IMG/VR virus record: IMGVR_UViG_3300013767_000215
Location: 1-51,681 of that record
Strand: one strand, 5' to 3'
Source of the DNA: a virus
Lineage: Duplodnaviria > Caudoviricetes
Length of the DNA stretch: 51,681 nucleotides
The notes under the pieces are model-generated. The model was not told the DNA's origin and ran no database searches. It saw only the letters and a list, made by a program, of their open reading frames with translations. A program made the position numbers and the translations under genes. The stretch's first letter is position 1. Each line of letters begins with the position of its first letter. Below are positions 9,492 to 18,824 of this stretch, piece after piece.

Positions 9492-10096
9492 ATGGGCGGA
9501 GTCGGGCCGGTGCTAACGATGGTGCTGGAGCCGGCCTGCACGCCGACCACTTCGTGTGTGTGCGGCGCGTCGTAGGCGTCGCGGATGTTCTTGACGGTCT
9601 TGGTATTGCCAGAGCCGGTGTTGTCGACGATGTCGCCAGTGACCTTGAGCACTGGCGTATCCAGCTCGACGTCAACCGAGGCTTGCACTACCAGCTTCTG
9701 CGCGCCGTTGATATTGATCTGCGGCGCGTTGTTGACATTGATCGGCTTGCCGGCGCCGTTGATCACAATGCCGGTCTTCGAAAGATAGACCGACTGGCCG
9801 GTGGCGTCGTAGATCATTACCTCGCCGGGCTGCAGGTTTTTCGGTCGCAGCGCCTGGTTGTTGGTGCCGATGACGACGCCGTTGTCACGGTCGCCGGCGA
9901 TGAAGATGGCCACCGCATCGGTGTCTTCCGGCGGGTTCGAGGCCAGACCGAACTCCGCCACCCGCCGCATGTCCCTGGTCTCCAGCGGTCCCAGCACGAC
10001 CTGCACCCACTGCACATTGCGGGAGTCGTCGACCAGGGTGATGCGGCCGCGGCCGACCAGGAATAGCAGGCGCTGCCAGAGGCTGGGCAGGTTCAC
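9488..10096 (-). CDS. Baseplate spike, Mu gp45 / gpV-like
   Basis: FGLASNPP, LQPGEV.IYD and C-terminal HTH.V metal-binding motif. Confidence 0.88.
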   Translation of the reverse strand: MNLPSLWQRLLFLVGRGRITLVDDSRNVQWVQVVLGPLETRDMRRVAEFGLASNPPEDTDAVAIFIAGDRDNGVVIGTNNQALRPKNLQPGEVMIYDATGQSVYLSKTGIVINGAGKPINVNNAPQININGAQKLVVQASVDVELDTPVLKVTGDIVDNTGSGNTKTVKNIRDAYDAPHTHEVVGVQAGSSTIVSTGPTPPI

Positions 10097-11223
10097 TGGC
10101 GCGCGATTCCGGGCACTGCCTGCAGCGCCAGGTCCACGTCCGGCGGCAGCGGCTGGAACAAGACCGGCTCACGCAGGAAGGCCTGCTGCGGCATGATCAG
10201 CAGCTCGGCGCGGGTGCCGTGCTGCGCATCCTTGTGGTACGTCACCTCGCTGATCAGCCAGGCGATGTCCTGGGTGGCGTTGCTGCCGTTGCTCCTGGTC
10301 TGGATCTTCAGGCTCGGCAGATCCAGCGGCACTAGGGTATTCGGCCGCCACAGCTGGCCGGCCTTGTCGCGCCAACTGTCGACGGTGACGCGCAGCTGGT
10401 AGCTGCGGCCAAGACGCCGGTTGAACTCCCAGAAGGCGCGCAGGCGCGACACGTCCAGGCCCGCGCCGCCGCCGCCGACCTCGGCGACCAGGGTGTGGCG
10501 GCGCCGGCGTGGCACCGCCTGGTCCTGCACCGTGGCCAGCAGATTGCCGCCCTGGCCGATGTCGTCGAAGGTGGCGATCGACTGCAGGAAGACGCAGTAC
10601 TCGCTGAAGCGGCCGTTCATGCTGAAGCTGGCCGCCGCCTGCTGCACGTTGACGCCTTCCTGGATGCCGCTGGCGGCGTACTCCGTGCCCACCGGCGCCA
10701 GCACCAGGCGCCCCTGCTCGTCCTCGAAGCAGAGCAGGGCGCGGAAGCGGCAGAGCCGCTCGATCACGTCCCAAGGGGTGTCGGTGACGTTGAGGTTGAA
10801 CTGCGGGATGATGGCGCCGATCTCGGCGCCTTCGGCTTCGACGACGTCGATTTTGTATGGCTTGGCCAGCTTCTGTGCGATTTGCAGGACCGAATTGGAG
10901 CTGATCTGGGCGCTATCCCAGATGACGGCGCAATCCACCAGGTCCTGACATTTTCCGCGGCCAATGACCCGGATTGAATGCCCGTTCGGCTCGATCGACG
11001 GTGAGAAAATGTCGACATAGCCCTTCACTACCAAATCATCGCCAAGCCTGACCTCTACATTGTCTCCGGGCTGCACAACTAGGGCCTGCGCCTCAGCGGG
11101 CAGCAGCTCCGTCATGCCGATTTCAAAGTCGTTTGGGCAGCGCTCGATACCCCGGGTTACGCGGATATCGGTCCAGCCGCCGAGAAGGCGATTCCCGATC
11201 TTTAAGGTAAGATCGTCAGCCAT
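10093..11223 (-). CDS. Baseplate hub, Mu gp44/P-like
   Basis: GWTDIRVTRGIE, GRGKCQDLVDC, RFSEY, G.LW.PNTLV motifs. Confidence 0.88.
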   Translation of the reverse strand: MADDLTLKIGNRLLGGWTDIRVTRGIERCPNDFEIGMTELLPAEAQALVVQPGDNVEVRLGDDLVVKGYVDIFSPSIEPNGHSIRVIGRGKCQDLVDCAVIWDSAQISSNSVLQIAQKLAKPYKIDVVEAEGAEIGAIIPQFNLNVTDTPWDVIERLCRFRALLCFEDEQGRLVLAPVGTEYAASGIQEGVNVQQAAASFSMNGRFSEYCVFLQSIATFDDIGQGGNLLATVQDQAVPRRRRHTLVAEVGGGGAGLDVSRLRAFWEFNRRLGRSYQLRVTVDSWRDKAGQLWRPNTLVPLDLPSLKIQTRSNGSNATQDIAWLISEVTYHKDAQHGTRAELLIMPQQAFLREPVLFQPLPPDVDLALQAVPGIARQ

Positions 11224-11253
11224 GTGCGCAGCCCTCCCGCCGACGAGGTGCCT

Positions 11254-11772
11254 ATGAAGGTTTGGTTTTGTGTGCTGGCCGCGCTGCTATTGCCATTGCA
11301 AGCGCAAGCCGTTGGAGAGCTTTACCGGGTAAAGGCAGATAGAACCATCGGCTGCCTGGGGCCTGCTGCGAAGGATCTCAGCCAGGCCAAAGGCCATCCC
11401 AACGAACCGCTGCCGAAGGACTGCCGTCTATTCAAAGCGGGATTCCAGTTCAGCTTTCAGCAGTTAAGCCCCTATTCCTTTGACAGCGAGGATAGGGTCA
11501 ATCCAGGCCAGATCGAGACCACTGTCTATGCGACGTGGCTCGATGACAAGGTCGAGGGCGGAGCCGAATATGCGACCTTCGATCAGCGCGACGTGGAGGC
11601 GGTTCTGGATGCGACCGGCCAGCCGGTTCGCTCGAGCTGCTCGGCGCCGATCGGCGGCGAATATGACCGCCTCGAGGCCGACAAGGACGGCCGGCTCTAT
11701 CTGAAGCGCTACGAGCTCAAGGCGAAGTGCATCAACGGCCAGATGCGCACCACCAGCCGGCCATTGAACTAA
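11254..11772 (+). CDS. Secreted protein (moron, opposite strand)
   Basis: GAGG RBS; Sec-type signal MKVWFCVLAALLLPLQAQA; four Cys in the mature part. Confidence 0.7.
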   Translation: MKVWFCVLAALLLPLQAQAVGELYRVKADRTIGCLGPAAKDLSQAKGHPNEPLPKDCRLFKAGFQFSFQQLSPYSFDSEDRVNPGQIETTVYATWLDDKVEGGAEYATFDQRDVEAVLDATGQPVRSSCSAPIGGEYDRLEADKDGRLYLKRYELKAKCINGQMRTTSRPLN

Positions 11773-12095
11773 CGTTTCTTCAGGTCAGTCGAGTTGAGTG
11801 CCGCCAATACTGCCCAGAACAGCAGTACGGCACAGAGAAACAGAGAGAGGCTGAGGGGCCAGTTCAGAAGCCCATCAAGAATCTGTTGAATGCCAGCCCA
11901 GGATGTACTCGGACAACTTATCCCGAGGAAATCCAGCGCATAGCGTGTCGGCATCGGGTGCCAAAAGCCGTCACGCAGCCAACGATAGCATTGGTATGCA
12001 AGTACTCCGGGGCCACTGAGGAAGGCCAGGAGAATGACATTTACGACAATAATGGCGAGACCCTGGCCCGACTGCGATGGCGCTTTATCTGCCAT
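11769..12095 (-). CDS. Two-TM membrane protein (moron)
   Basis: Two hydrophobic segments; lower GC than flanks. Confidence 0.65.
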   Translation of the reverse strand: MADKAPSQSGQGLAIIVVNVILLAFLSGPGVLAYQCYRWLRDGFWHPMPTRYALDFLGISCPSTSWAGIQQILDGLLNWPLSLSLFLCAVLLFWAVLAALNSTDLKKR

Positions 12096-12250
12096 AGGAT
12101 CTAATCCCCGATTGGCCGAGGATCTGTTTCGATCTGCACGAAGCCGTCGAGGAGGTCCTCGATGGCGTCGGCTGCTTCGCGCAGCAGTTCAGGGGTATTG
12201 GAGCTCGCAGCGGCCTTACGCAGGCGCTCTACCAGGTCGGGCGAAGGTTC

Positions 12251-12266
12251 GTTTCCCATGGGAAAC
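12251..12266. repeat. Palindrome GTTTCCCATGGGAAAC, copy 2
   Basis: Exact 16-bp palindrome. Confidence 0.9.
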
Positions 12267-12270
12267 ACGG

Positions 12271-12501
12271 TTATCGCGGAATAGGCGACAGCGAGCAGGC
12301 CTCCTTCACTACTTCGAAGGCCCGATCCATTTCGTGCTGGGTATAGCAAACATGTCCGTCATCCGGCTTCGGGATTGTCACGCAGCGACCGTTGGGACAA
12401 CGCCAGAGTTCGACAGTGCTCGTCTCAACCCCATATGAGGCAAGATTGAAACGTTTGATGACGTGCTGTTCGAATTCCGTTCTGGAATAGAGGCGAATCA
12501 T
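12271..12501 (-). CDS. Small HicA-like protein (putative toxin)
   Basis: 76 aa; W.CPNGRCVTIP resembles the HicA beta-sheet; adjacent to a HicB-like gene. Confidence 0.45.
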   Translation of the reverse strand: MIRLYSRTEFEQHVIKRFNLASYGVETSTVELWRCPNGRCVTIPKPDDGHVCYTQHEMDRAFEVVKEACSLSPIPR

Positions 12502-12513
12502 TGGCGGCCGCGA

Positions 12514-12834
12514 TCAGGCGGCAACCAACCAGACTTCCTCCATCTTGTCGGTCTGCTTCCTTGCAGGCACATTGCTGACACTATCCGTTCCAAGTTGCTT
12601 GGCCGGTAAACCGAGCTTCACTTCGACACTGAGGTCGTAATTGGCTTTCATCAGTGCCTGAATGACATTGGGGACGTCCGCCTCGAGCCTTTCATAGTCC
12701 GCGCCAGACATGAAGAAGCCGTCAATATCCGGGCTGGACAAAATCCACTTGCCATCCTTCAAGTCGGCGCGCACGCGCACAATGCCGGACTTGAGGCATG
12801 GAAGCTCGGGCTTTGTACGGAGAAATTGCATCAT
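12514..12834 (-). CDS. HicB/DUF1902-like protein (putative antitoxin)
   Basis: GKWILSSPDIDGFFMSGADYERLEADVPNVIQAL resembles the HicB partial RNase-H fold. Confidence 0.55.
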   Translation of the reverse strand: MMQFLRTKPELPCLKSGIVRVRADLKDGKWILSSPDIDGFFMSGADYERLEADVPNVIQALMKANYDLSVEVKLGLPAKQLGTDSVSNVPARKQTDKMEEVWLVAA

Positions 12835-13169
12835 GGCGGCTTAGGCCCCAATACCTCGAAAATACCGGATTAACCCATGGGGGCTATCGGCCTGGCATTG
12901 GGGGACTTGAGACCGAAAACGCACGCGCAAGTTCATTGCGCAAGCACAACGGCTCGCCGCCACACCCCGGCTAACACTCCCATGACGTAACGTGCGCATT
13001 CCATGCCTCACGTTAAATAGCGGCCCGAAGGGGGGCCGGCTTCATTGGGCGGAGTATAGGCAGTGAACCCGGTTTCGGAAGTCGCCCACCTCAATTTGAC
13101 CGGTCAAAAGTGTGAAATAGTTCACACTTTGACAACATTTGTCGCAAATCCCCCCATTGACACAGGCAG

Positions 13170-14510
13170 TTAGGAAGCCAGCGCCTTGAATCGGGTTGGC
13201 ATGAATGCCGGGTGCGGTGGATTCCCGAATACCACCAGCTGGTCGGCCCGGGCCGGGTCGCGGTAGAGCCGCTGCGCCAGCACCAGGGAGGGCCCCGGCG
13301 CCGGGCTGTCGACCTCGACGATCTCCGGCAGGCCGGCACCGCGGGTGGCCAGATCCTGGGCGACGTCGGCGCGGAGCTGGCGCAGGGCGGTGTAGCTGTC
13401 GTCGTCGCCGGCGTCGCCGGCGGCGGTGATCTCCAGGTCGATCAGGCCGCAGACCTGGTTCCGCACGGCTGCGGCGTCGTCGGCCGAGACGGGCTGGTAG
13501 GCGGCGCTGGCCTGGGCCAGGGCCTGCAGCGTGGCGCGGCGGAACAGGCTGAGGTGGGCCGCCTGGGCGCTGAGCATGGCCATGGGGATGGCGGAGCTGC
13601 CGAGCACGGGCGCCTCGGTGTAGCCGTAGAGGCCGGCCAGGAGGCGCACGGCGCTACGCGGATCCTGGATGGCGGCCAACAGGGCCTGGGCCAGGGCCTG
13701 CACGGCGGCGCCGATGGTGGCGGGGTCGCCGCCGGTGGCGGCCGTATTCAGGGCCGTGGCGGCGGCTGCGACGCTGGCGCGGGCGGCGGCGCCGGCGGCG
13801 ATGAGCGACGCGGTGGTGGCGCCGCTGGAAGCCTGGGGCGAGGTGTTGATGTTCTGGAAGCCGACGCGGCCGCCGCCGAAGTAGCGCCCGAAGGTGCCGC
13901 TGATATTGGTGGGCAGGCTGACCAGCATGCTGAACAGGTTGGTGGCGTCGTTGGCCAGGCCGCTGATCTGCGCGGACCAGCCGCTGACGGTGGCCACCAC
14001 CTGGTGGGCGACGGCGGAGCCGCGCGAGAGCGCGAGCTGCAGCTGGGTGACGTAGCCGCCGAGCGCGGCCTGGAACATGGCGGCGGCCGAGGTTTGGGAT
14101 GCGGCGCCGGTGGCGGCCTGGACCTCCGGGAACTGCCGGTCACCCGCCACTACGAAGGTGAACTGGATCTCGAAGACGCGGCCGCGCTCGCCGGAGCGGA
14201 TGGGCTGCTCGCCGAGCACGCTGACGGTGAGGCGGCCCAGCGAGGGATGGATCAGGATGCCGGGGCCGGGCGTCTCGATCGCCGCGACCATGCGCTCGCG
14301 CTGGGCAATGATGTCGTCGCCCACGAGGAAGCCGGTGATCGACAGCCGGCGGACACTCTTGCCCATGTCCTCGGGCCAGTAGTCCTCACGGTTCGGGTAC
14401 TCGTGCACTGCCTGGCGACGGCCGGAGCGGAAGTCGTCGCCGCGCGTGGCGAACGGCACCCCGCGAAACGAGGCCTGGACTGCCTTGATCTGCTCGAGGT
14501 AGGTGCGCAT
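13170..14510 (-). CDS. Mu gpN-like DNA circularization / tail protein
   Basis: ASFRGVPF, GRR..VHEYP.R....EDMG, PG.L.HP.LG, C-terminal LAQRLYRDPARA...HPAFMP. Confidence 0.9.
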   Translation of the reverse strand: MRTYLEQIKAVQASFRGVPFATRGDDFRSGRRQAVHEYPNREDYWPEDMGKSVRRLSITGFLVGDDIIAQRERMVAAIETPGPGILIHPSLGRLTVSVLGEQPIRSGERGRVFEIQFTFVVAGDRQFPEVQAATGAASQTSAAAMFQAALGGYVTQLQLALSRGSAVAHQVVATVSGWSAQISGLANDATNLFSMLVSLPTNISGTFGRYFGGGRVGFQNINTSPQASSGATTASLIAAGAAARASVAAAATALNTAATGGDPATIGAAVQALAQALLAAIQDPRSAVRLLAGLYGYTEAPVLGSSAIPMAMLSAQAAHLSLFRRATLQALAQASAAYQPVSADDAAAVRNQVCGLIDLEITAAGDAGDDDSYTALRQLRADVAQDLATRGAGLPEIVEVDSPAPGPSLVLAQRLYRDPARADQLVVFGNPPHPAFMPTRFKALAS

Positions 14511-16240
14511 CAGGGACCGCCGGCTGCTGGCATGGGGCTGCCGATCGTCACAGGGACTGGACCCTTGCTGCCGTGGGTGAAGTAGCCGCGCACACCGGCG
14601 GGCAGCCCTTCCAGCGTGACGGTCAGGCGTTGTTCGCGCTGGCCCGAGGCGATGCCGGCGGCAACGGCCTGCTGAAGATCGCCTGGGTTGATCTGGTAGT
14701 CGCCGCCGGACTCCTTGTGCGCAATCGCCGCCAATAGCGGTGACAGCACGGCCGGATCATGCAGATTGAGGTGGCGCTGCGGATCGAACCCAGTTTCGCG
14801 CGCCACGTCGGCAGCGTATGAGGCCGGGTCATTGCCATCGCCCGCCGGTGCCCAGGTCGAAACGATGCCGCTGATGGTATCAATGCCCCGGCCGCTATAG
14901 AGCTGGAGCTGCTTCGCCGCGGCGGTGAGACCATCGAGCGGCGAGTCGAATGCGGCAAAGCCGCCCAGCACCGGCTGCAGGCCCCAGCGGCGCAGGTTCG
15001 TCGGGTTGTTCTGGCGGGCACCGACGCCATGACCTCCACCGACGTTGATGCCGTTGGGATGATCGCGCATGAAATTGCGCGTCATCGCAACGCCGCCGGC
15101 CATCAGGCCCAGCGCGCCGATCGCGGCCAGGATGGGCCAGGCCTCGGCCAGCACCGGCACCAGCAGGCCCATGGTGCCGAGCAGGCTGACGAAGGGCGCC
15201 AGCAGATTGGCCAGCATGATGCCGCCAAGCGCCAGGGCGATGGTCTTGAAGCCGCCGAGCTGGTCGACGATCTTCCCCAGCTTGTCGAGGAAACGGCTGG
15301 CGCCTTCGGCGACCTTGTTGAAGTCGATCCGCGCCAGCCAGTCGCCGATATTCTTGAAGAACTCGCCGATGCGGCCGCGGTTGCCGCTGAGCCAGGTGGT
15401 GAGGTGCTCGACGAAGGCGGTAAAACCGGGCGCCAGCTTCGAGGCCACCTCGTTCTGCACGCCGCCGGCTGCGATCTTGAGGTAGTTGAGCGCCAGGCCG
15501 AGCTTATCGGCTGCCTGGAGTTGCGCCTGCGACTGCACGCCGCCGAGCTCGCGCACCTTGCGCTCGTAGGCATCGATCGCGGCCGGGCCCTTGCGCAGCA
15601 CCGGCAGCATCGATTCAAGCCCGAACTGGCGCGCCACCAGGCGCTGCACCTCGGGGCTGGCGATGTGCGAGATGACGCCGGAGAGCTGGCGGAAGGCGGC
15701 GGCGGTGTCGATCGCGCCGTCCTTGGTGCGCCGCACGCTGAGGCCAATGCGGTTCATCAGCACCAGCGCCTCGGGATTGCGCCCGAACAGGGCGCCCTCG
15801 AGGATGTCCGCGAAGCCCTGGAAGCTGGCGCCGACCTCCTCGGCGTTGCCGCCGAGCGCCGTGACGACGCCGCGCAGGGCCTGGAAGTTGTCGGTGGAGA
15901 GCCCGGCGCTGCGGGCGCTGCGCTCGACGTAGAAGTTCAGGCGCGCCCAGGTGTTGGTGAGCGTGACCAGGCCGGCGATGGTGCCGCCGCCGACGATGGC
16001 GGTGAGTGGCGCTGCCATGGCGGCGAGGTGCTGCGCCGAGGCCTTGGCGGCGCCGGCCAGCTTGCCGGTGTACTTGGCCAGGCGCTCCATGCCGGAATAG
16101 TGGGCGAGCTTGGCGGTGTAGGCCTGCATCCGCCGCAGCGGCGCGGTCAGCTGCTGCACCCTTTGATGGAAGCGCTTGACGACGCGGAGGGCGGCATCGT
16201 CCTCGGCAACAATCTCGATGGGGAACTTGTTGCCGCTCAC
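14510..16240 (-). CDS. Tape measure protein with C-terminal lysozyme-like domain
   Basis: Helical Ala-rich body with TM-like stretch; RQNNPTNLR...FAAFDSP...TISGIVSTWAP..ND..SY glycosidase-like motif. Confidence 0.8.
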   Translation of the reverse strand: MSGNKFPIEIVAEDDAALRVVKRFHQRVQQLTAPLRRMQAYTAKLAHYSGMERLAKYTGKLAGAAKASAQHLAAMAAPLTAIVGGGTIAGLVTLTNTWARLNFYVERSARSAGLSTDNFQALRGVVTALGGNAEEVGASFQGFADILEGALFGRNPEALVLMNRIGLSVRRTKDGAIDTAAAFRQLSGVISHIASPEVQRLVARQFGLESMLPVLRKGPAAIDAYERKVRELGGVQSQAQLQAADKLGLALNYLKIAAGGVQNEVASKLAPGFTAFVEHLTTWLSGNRGRIGEFFKNIGDWLARIDFNKVAEGASRFLDKLGKIVDQLGGFKTIALALGGIMLANLLAPFVSLLGTMGLLVPVLAEAWPILAAIGALGLMAGGVAMTRNFMRDHPNGINVGGGHGVGARQNNPTNLRRWGLQPVLGGFAAFDSPLDGLTAAAKQLQLYSGRGIDTISGIVSTWAPAGDGNDPASYAADVARETGFDPQRHLNLHDPAVLSPLLAAIAHKESGGDYQINPGDLQQAVAAGIASGQREQRLTVTLEGLPAGVRGYFTHGSKGPVPVTIGSPMPAAGGP

Positions 16241-16244
16241 GGGA

Positions 16245-16427
16245 TCATCTCCGCCTGTTTCGGTCCGCGGCCCGCTTCATCTCGCGCAGGATCCGTTCGT
16301 GCTGCTCGCCCCACCAGGTGAGCCGCGTCCAGGTCTCGCCCCAGCCTTCGCCCGGGCCCCAGTGGAAGAAGTAGGTCAGCTCTGCGACGAGGTCGCGCCA
16401 GTCCTCGGGGAGACGTCGACGAAAGGG
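16245..16427 (-). CDS. GpE'/GT-like frameshift extension of the tail assembly chaperone
   Basis: -1 frame open from slippery CCCTTTC (16421..16427) giving ...WRDLVAELTYFFHWGPGEGWGETWTRLTWW... to stop at 16245. Confidence 0.7.
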   Translation of the reverse strand, partial: PFRRRLPEDWRDLVAELTYFFHWGPGEGWGETWTRLTWWGEQHERILREMKRAADRNRRR

Positions 16428-16711
16428 TCGAAGAACGCGATCGCCTCCCTCAGATCCAGAGCACCGATCTTGCTGACGATGACTTCCTCAACGCCCGAAG
16501 TGGCCGCGATCAGGTAGATGAAGGCGCCGAGGCCGGGCTGCTTCAGCTGCTTCTGGAAGAACTTGTCCAGCTCGCCGGCGGTGGGCTCACGCAGCTTGAG
16601 CTCGGAGTAGGTTTCCTGGTTCTTCGGGTCCTTGCCGAAGGTGACCGGCTTGCGCAGGACCAGAACCATCTCCAGAGCGAGATCGACCGTCTGGGTTTCG
16701 CTTTCGGCCAT
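16376..16711 (-). CDS. Tail assembly chaperone (Mu gp41 / gpE-like)
   Basis: L.LRKPV, EL.LREPTAGEL motifs; between tube and tape measure. Confidence 0.8.
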   Translation of the reverse strand: MAESETQTVDLALEMVLVLRKPVTFGKDPKNQETYSELKLREPTAGELDKFFQKQLKQPGLGAFIYLIAATSGVEEVIVSKIGALDLREAIAFFDPFVDVSPRTGATSSQS

Positions 16712-16715
16712 GGCT

Positions 16716-17090
16716 TCAGTCCTCCTTGACGCTGCCGTCGTTGCCCTCAAAGCGCACGTCCGTCACGGCTTCCTGGGTGTTGACGTCGATCTCGCCGACC
16801 TGCCACAGGTTGCGGCCGATGACGCTCTTGCCGTTGGCGAGGCCGACGACGATGGTGACGTTGGTCATGGCGTTAAGATCGCTGACCTTGAGGCCGCCGG
16901 AGTCACGCAGCTTGAACGCGATGTGCGGCGCGTTCGGCATCTCGTTGTAGCCCTGGATGCTGCTCTGCCCTTCGTTGGTCGAACGCTTGACCAGTGCGGA
17001 GTTGTAGGTGCATTCGCCGGCGACGTCGTAGACCACACCATCGATGGTGAGGTTGACGATTCCGCCGCGGCGCTGGGTGGTATCGGCCAT
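16716..17090 (-). CDS. Tail tube protein (Mu gpM-like)
   Basis: GY.E.P...I, TNVTI...LANGK motifs; downstream of sheath. Confidence 0.85.
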   Translation of the reverse strand: MADTTQRRGGIVNLTIDGVVYDVAGECTYNSALVKRSTNEGQSSIQGYNEMPNAPHIAFKLRDSGGLKVSDLNAMTNVTIVVGLANGKSVIGRNLWQVGEIDVNTQEAVTDVRFEGNDGSVKED

Positions 17091-17117
17091 GCTGGGGACT
17101 CCGGAGGTGTGGTGCTC

Positions 17118-18623
17118 TTAGGCGCGGAACATCGCGAGCAGGGCGAAGATGTTGAGCTGGTCGGTGAGGATGCCGTCCCACAGCACGTCGATGCGGTTGC
17201 TGTCCTGGGCGTTGCGCTGGACGAGCAGGCCCTCGGCGAAGGCATCCGTATCCTGCACCTGGCCGGCGAACTCCAGCTCGGCATAGGCCGCGATCTGGTC
17301 GGCGCGCAGGATGCTGGGGGTGACGATCGGCGAGCCCGCCGCAAAACGGGTGCCGTCGTCCGCCAGCGCCATGCGGCCGTACTTGCTGGTGATGCGGGTC
17401 TTGAGGAAGCGCAGCACGAGCATCAGCTGGAACATGCGCTCCACCGGCAGGTAGGAGTTGTCCGGCTGGCCGAAGGCGTTGGTCTGGTAGGAGGTGATGG
17501 CGCGTTCGACGCGCACGGTGCCGTCGTCGTCGACGGTGTAGGTGCTGATGCCGTTGAACAGGAGCGCATTGCGCTCGCTCAGCGGGAAGCGCGAGGACAG
17601 CGGTGGCGCCAGGGCGCCGGGGATGGTCAAGGTCTGCAGCGGCTGCGGCGCGAAGTTGCGCAGGCTCGGCGCCACGGCTGCGGCGTACATCGCCGCCCAG
17701 CGCCAGGCCGGGGTGGGCGTGTCGTAGATGCCCATCACGGTGCCGTGCTGGTCGTTGAGACCGGAGCCGAAGGTGGTGAGCGCGCCGTAGGTGCCCTTGT
17801 AGGCGGCGAACCAGTGGCCATAGACCTGGACGTCCCAGCTCCAGCGGCCGGTGACGTCATCGAGGAAGGACTTCAGCGCGGTGAGGCTGATGCTGTCCGT
17901 GTAGGGCAGCACGATGAAGTCGTAGGCCTTGTCGCCGAGGTTGGCCAGCGGCGTGGCCAGGCTCGGCGCAGTGGCGCCGGCGGTCATGGCGACGATGGTG
18001 AAGGTGAGGCCGGCGGGCGTGGCTTCGCCGGCCCGGGTGCCGCCGTAGTTGACGCGCAGGTCGATGTCGTTGCCGGCGGGGCCGAGGTTGAGCGCGGTGA
18101 AATCGACCTGGAAATTGTTGACGCCGTCGACGGCGGCGCTCACCGGCAGGTTCGGCGTGGCGTTGACCGCCGTGGCCAGGGCGGTGGCGAGCTGGGCCGC
18201 GGTCTGGGTGGTGAGAACCGGCAGCTGGATGCGCACGCCGCCGATATACAGCGAGAGCGTGCCGTTGGCGGTGGCCACATGGGTGAAGGCGAAGCTGCCC
18301 GCGGCAACGACGGCGGCGGGGTCGTCGGCCAGCGGCAGCAGGTGCACCTCGGTGAAAGCGTCGCCGGCGAAGTAATCCGAGGCCATCAGGTGCAGCATGG
18401 AGCCGGGGCCGGCGAGCTGGGCGGCCTGGGCGGCGCCGCCGCAGATGACGGGCTTGCCCGGCGTGGCGGTGCCGGCCTTGCCGCCGGCGGTGAACATCTG
18501 GCCGATGATCAGGGTGCGCTGCGGCTGCACCGCCGAGTTCGCCAGGCTGTTGTTGACCTCGGCGTAGAACAGCGGCGTGCGGATCTGGCCGCCGGCGGGC
18601 AGCCTGGTGAAGGGGAGCGACAT
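17118..18623 (-). CDS. Tail sheath protein (Mu gpL-like)
   Basis: RTPLFYAEVNNS.AN, G.GSML..M, ERN.LL..GIST, ITSYQTNAFGQPDNSYL motifs. Confidence 0.93.
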   Translation of the reverse strand: MSLPFTRLPAGGQIRTPLFYAEVNNSLANSAVQPQRTLIIGQMFTAGGKAGTATPGKPVICGGAAQAAQLAGPGSMLHLMASDYFAGDAFTEVHLLPLADDPAAVVAAGSFAFTHVATANGTLSLYIGGVRIQLPVLTTQTAAQLATALATAVNATPNLPVSAAVDGVNNFQVDFTALNLGPAGNDIDLRVNYGGTRAGEATPAGLTFTIVAMTAGATAPSLATPLANLGDKAYDFIVLPYTDSISLTALKSFLDDVTGRWSWDVQVYGHWFAAYKGTYGALTTFGSGLNDQHGTVMGIYDTPTPAWRWAAMYAAAVAPSLRNFAPQPLQTLTIPGALAPPLSSRFPLSERNALLFNGISTYTVDDDGTVRVERAITSYQTNAFGQPDNSYLPVERMFQLMLVLRFLKTRITSKYGRMALADDGTRFAAGSPIVTPSILRADQIAAYAELEFAGQVQDTDAFAEGLLVQRNAQDSNRIDVLWDGILTDQLNIFALLAMFRA

Positions 18624-18629
18624 GGATCC

Positions 18630-18824
18630 TTACTCCTGAGCGGCAGTGGTGGCGGCCGACGGCGCCGGGATGGACTGCGGCTTCTCCAGCGTCACGTCAC
18701 CGTCCTGCAGGCGGCGGTGCCAGAACGGCGTCGGCGGCACGGCGCGGCCTTCCATCGGCAGGTAGTCCTTCAGCTGCGGGTCGAAGATCTTCAAGCCGGG
18801 CTTGGGGTAGACGTGCATGGTCAC
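18630..18824 (-). CDS. DUF2635 / Mu gp38-like protein
   Basis: P..G..I.DP....LP.EG..VP...FW.RRL.DGDV motif. Confidence 0.85.
   Translation of the reverse strand: MTMHVYPKPGLKIFDPQLKDYLPMEGRAVPPTPFWHRRLQDGDVTLEKPQSIPAPSAATTAAQE

Noticed and set aside
12870-12885. AACCCATGGGGG as an eighth palindrome copy
   Set aside because: Only the central 8 bp match; TTT/AAA arms absent
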